Below, in pieces: positions 14,588 to 14,959 of a DNA stretch of 14,959 nucleotides. The position numbers and the translations under genes were made by a program. The first letter of the stretch is position 1. Each line of letters opens with the position of its first letter. Below the pieces are notes generated by a model that saw only the letters and a program-made list of their open reading frames with translations, searched no databases and was not told where the DNA came from. This stretch comes from Candidatus Thorarchaeota archaeon (GTDB lineage Archaea; Asgardarchaeota; Thorarchaeia; Thorarchaeales; Thorarchaeaceae), in assembly GCA_048882385.1 (NCBI GenBank), contig JBHLRQ010000079.1:1-14959 (forward strand). The letters run 5' to 3'.

Positions 14588-14958
14588 AAAAGTATGGAAA
14601 GGCATGTGAGTGCCCCATCACACTTCTCAAACTCACTCATGTCCAGCTGAATTACTTCAAAACCTGCTTGTTCAACCAAAAGGGACGTCATTGAATGACG
14701 TGCAGACATGATAACAACATCACCAATTGTCAGTGTGTTCGCTGAATGTGATTCATCTGGCGGGAGCACTATTTTCATGAAAGGTTCCAAGAGCGGATGG
14801 CGGGAATATTTGGGGTTACACACAATTGTATAATTATCCAAGTATGTCAAATGACTCTTGATATGCATAATGTTAGGATCTACAATTCGATGAACAGGGA
14901 TTTCGAGCCAATATTCCATCTGAGAAGCTCCATCATGATTCGTTCGCTTTGTGATTCC
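14584..14958 (-). CDS. 3' part of a dimethylarginine dimethylaminohydrolase (DDAH)/amidinotransferase-superfamily enzyme (runs off the right edge)
   Basis: The frame is open to the window edge: GITKRTNHDGA (cf. G.S.RTN..GA), MHIKS (catalytic His), AN.L, and MSEFEKCDGALTCLS (catalytic Cys). Its stop overlaps the convergent gene's stop. Confidence 0.9.
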   Translation of the reverse strand, partial: GITKRTNHDGASQMEYWLEIPVHRIVDPNIMHIKSHLTYLDNYTIVCNPKYSRHPLLEPFMKIVLPPDESHSANTLTIGDVVIMSARHSMTSLLVEQAGFEVIQLDMSEFEKCDGALTCLSILF

Positions 14959-14959
14959 G

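Noticed and set aside
1-14959. tRNA/rRNA genes, CRISPR arrays, IS elements or defence systems
   Set aside because: Intergenic gaps are short (at most about 160 nt), and I saw no cloverleaf, regularly spaced repeats, terminal inverted repeats, or transposase/integrase/nuclease motifs.

Overview
Gene-dense archaeal chromosomal window. The Shine-Dalgarno motifs (GGAGG/AGGTGA), TATA-like boxes, PDO, IorAB and glycosylated surface proteins with C-terminal Ig-like + TM + basic tail suggest an Asgard archaeon, probably Thorarchaeia (inference, not searched). Left to right: the 3' end of an acidic ORF and a small hypothetical; a thiol-redox/iron-stress cluster (PDO, YciI, TrxR, monothiol CPHS glutaredoxin, ferritin-like protein ending in GG); iorAB; a basic coiled-coil protein; an 830-aa surface glycoprotein with three GATase1/GIFT-like domains and a hairpin-polyT terminator; a coupled pair (basic-tail protein + HEAT/acidic/winged-helix protein); two amidohydrolases; a frameshifted, internally deleted surface-protein gene; and the 3' part of a DDAH-family gene. 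Main points missed by the ORF track: two genes appear to start at CTG behind good SD motifs (one must have a non-canonical start to include its catalytic DxHxH); an 11-bp inverted repeat covers the SD of one of them; and the 14.2-14.6 kb ORFs are two halves of one broken gene. No RNA genes, CRISPR arrays or mobile elements were recognised.
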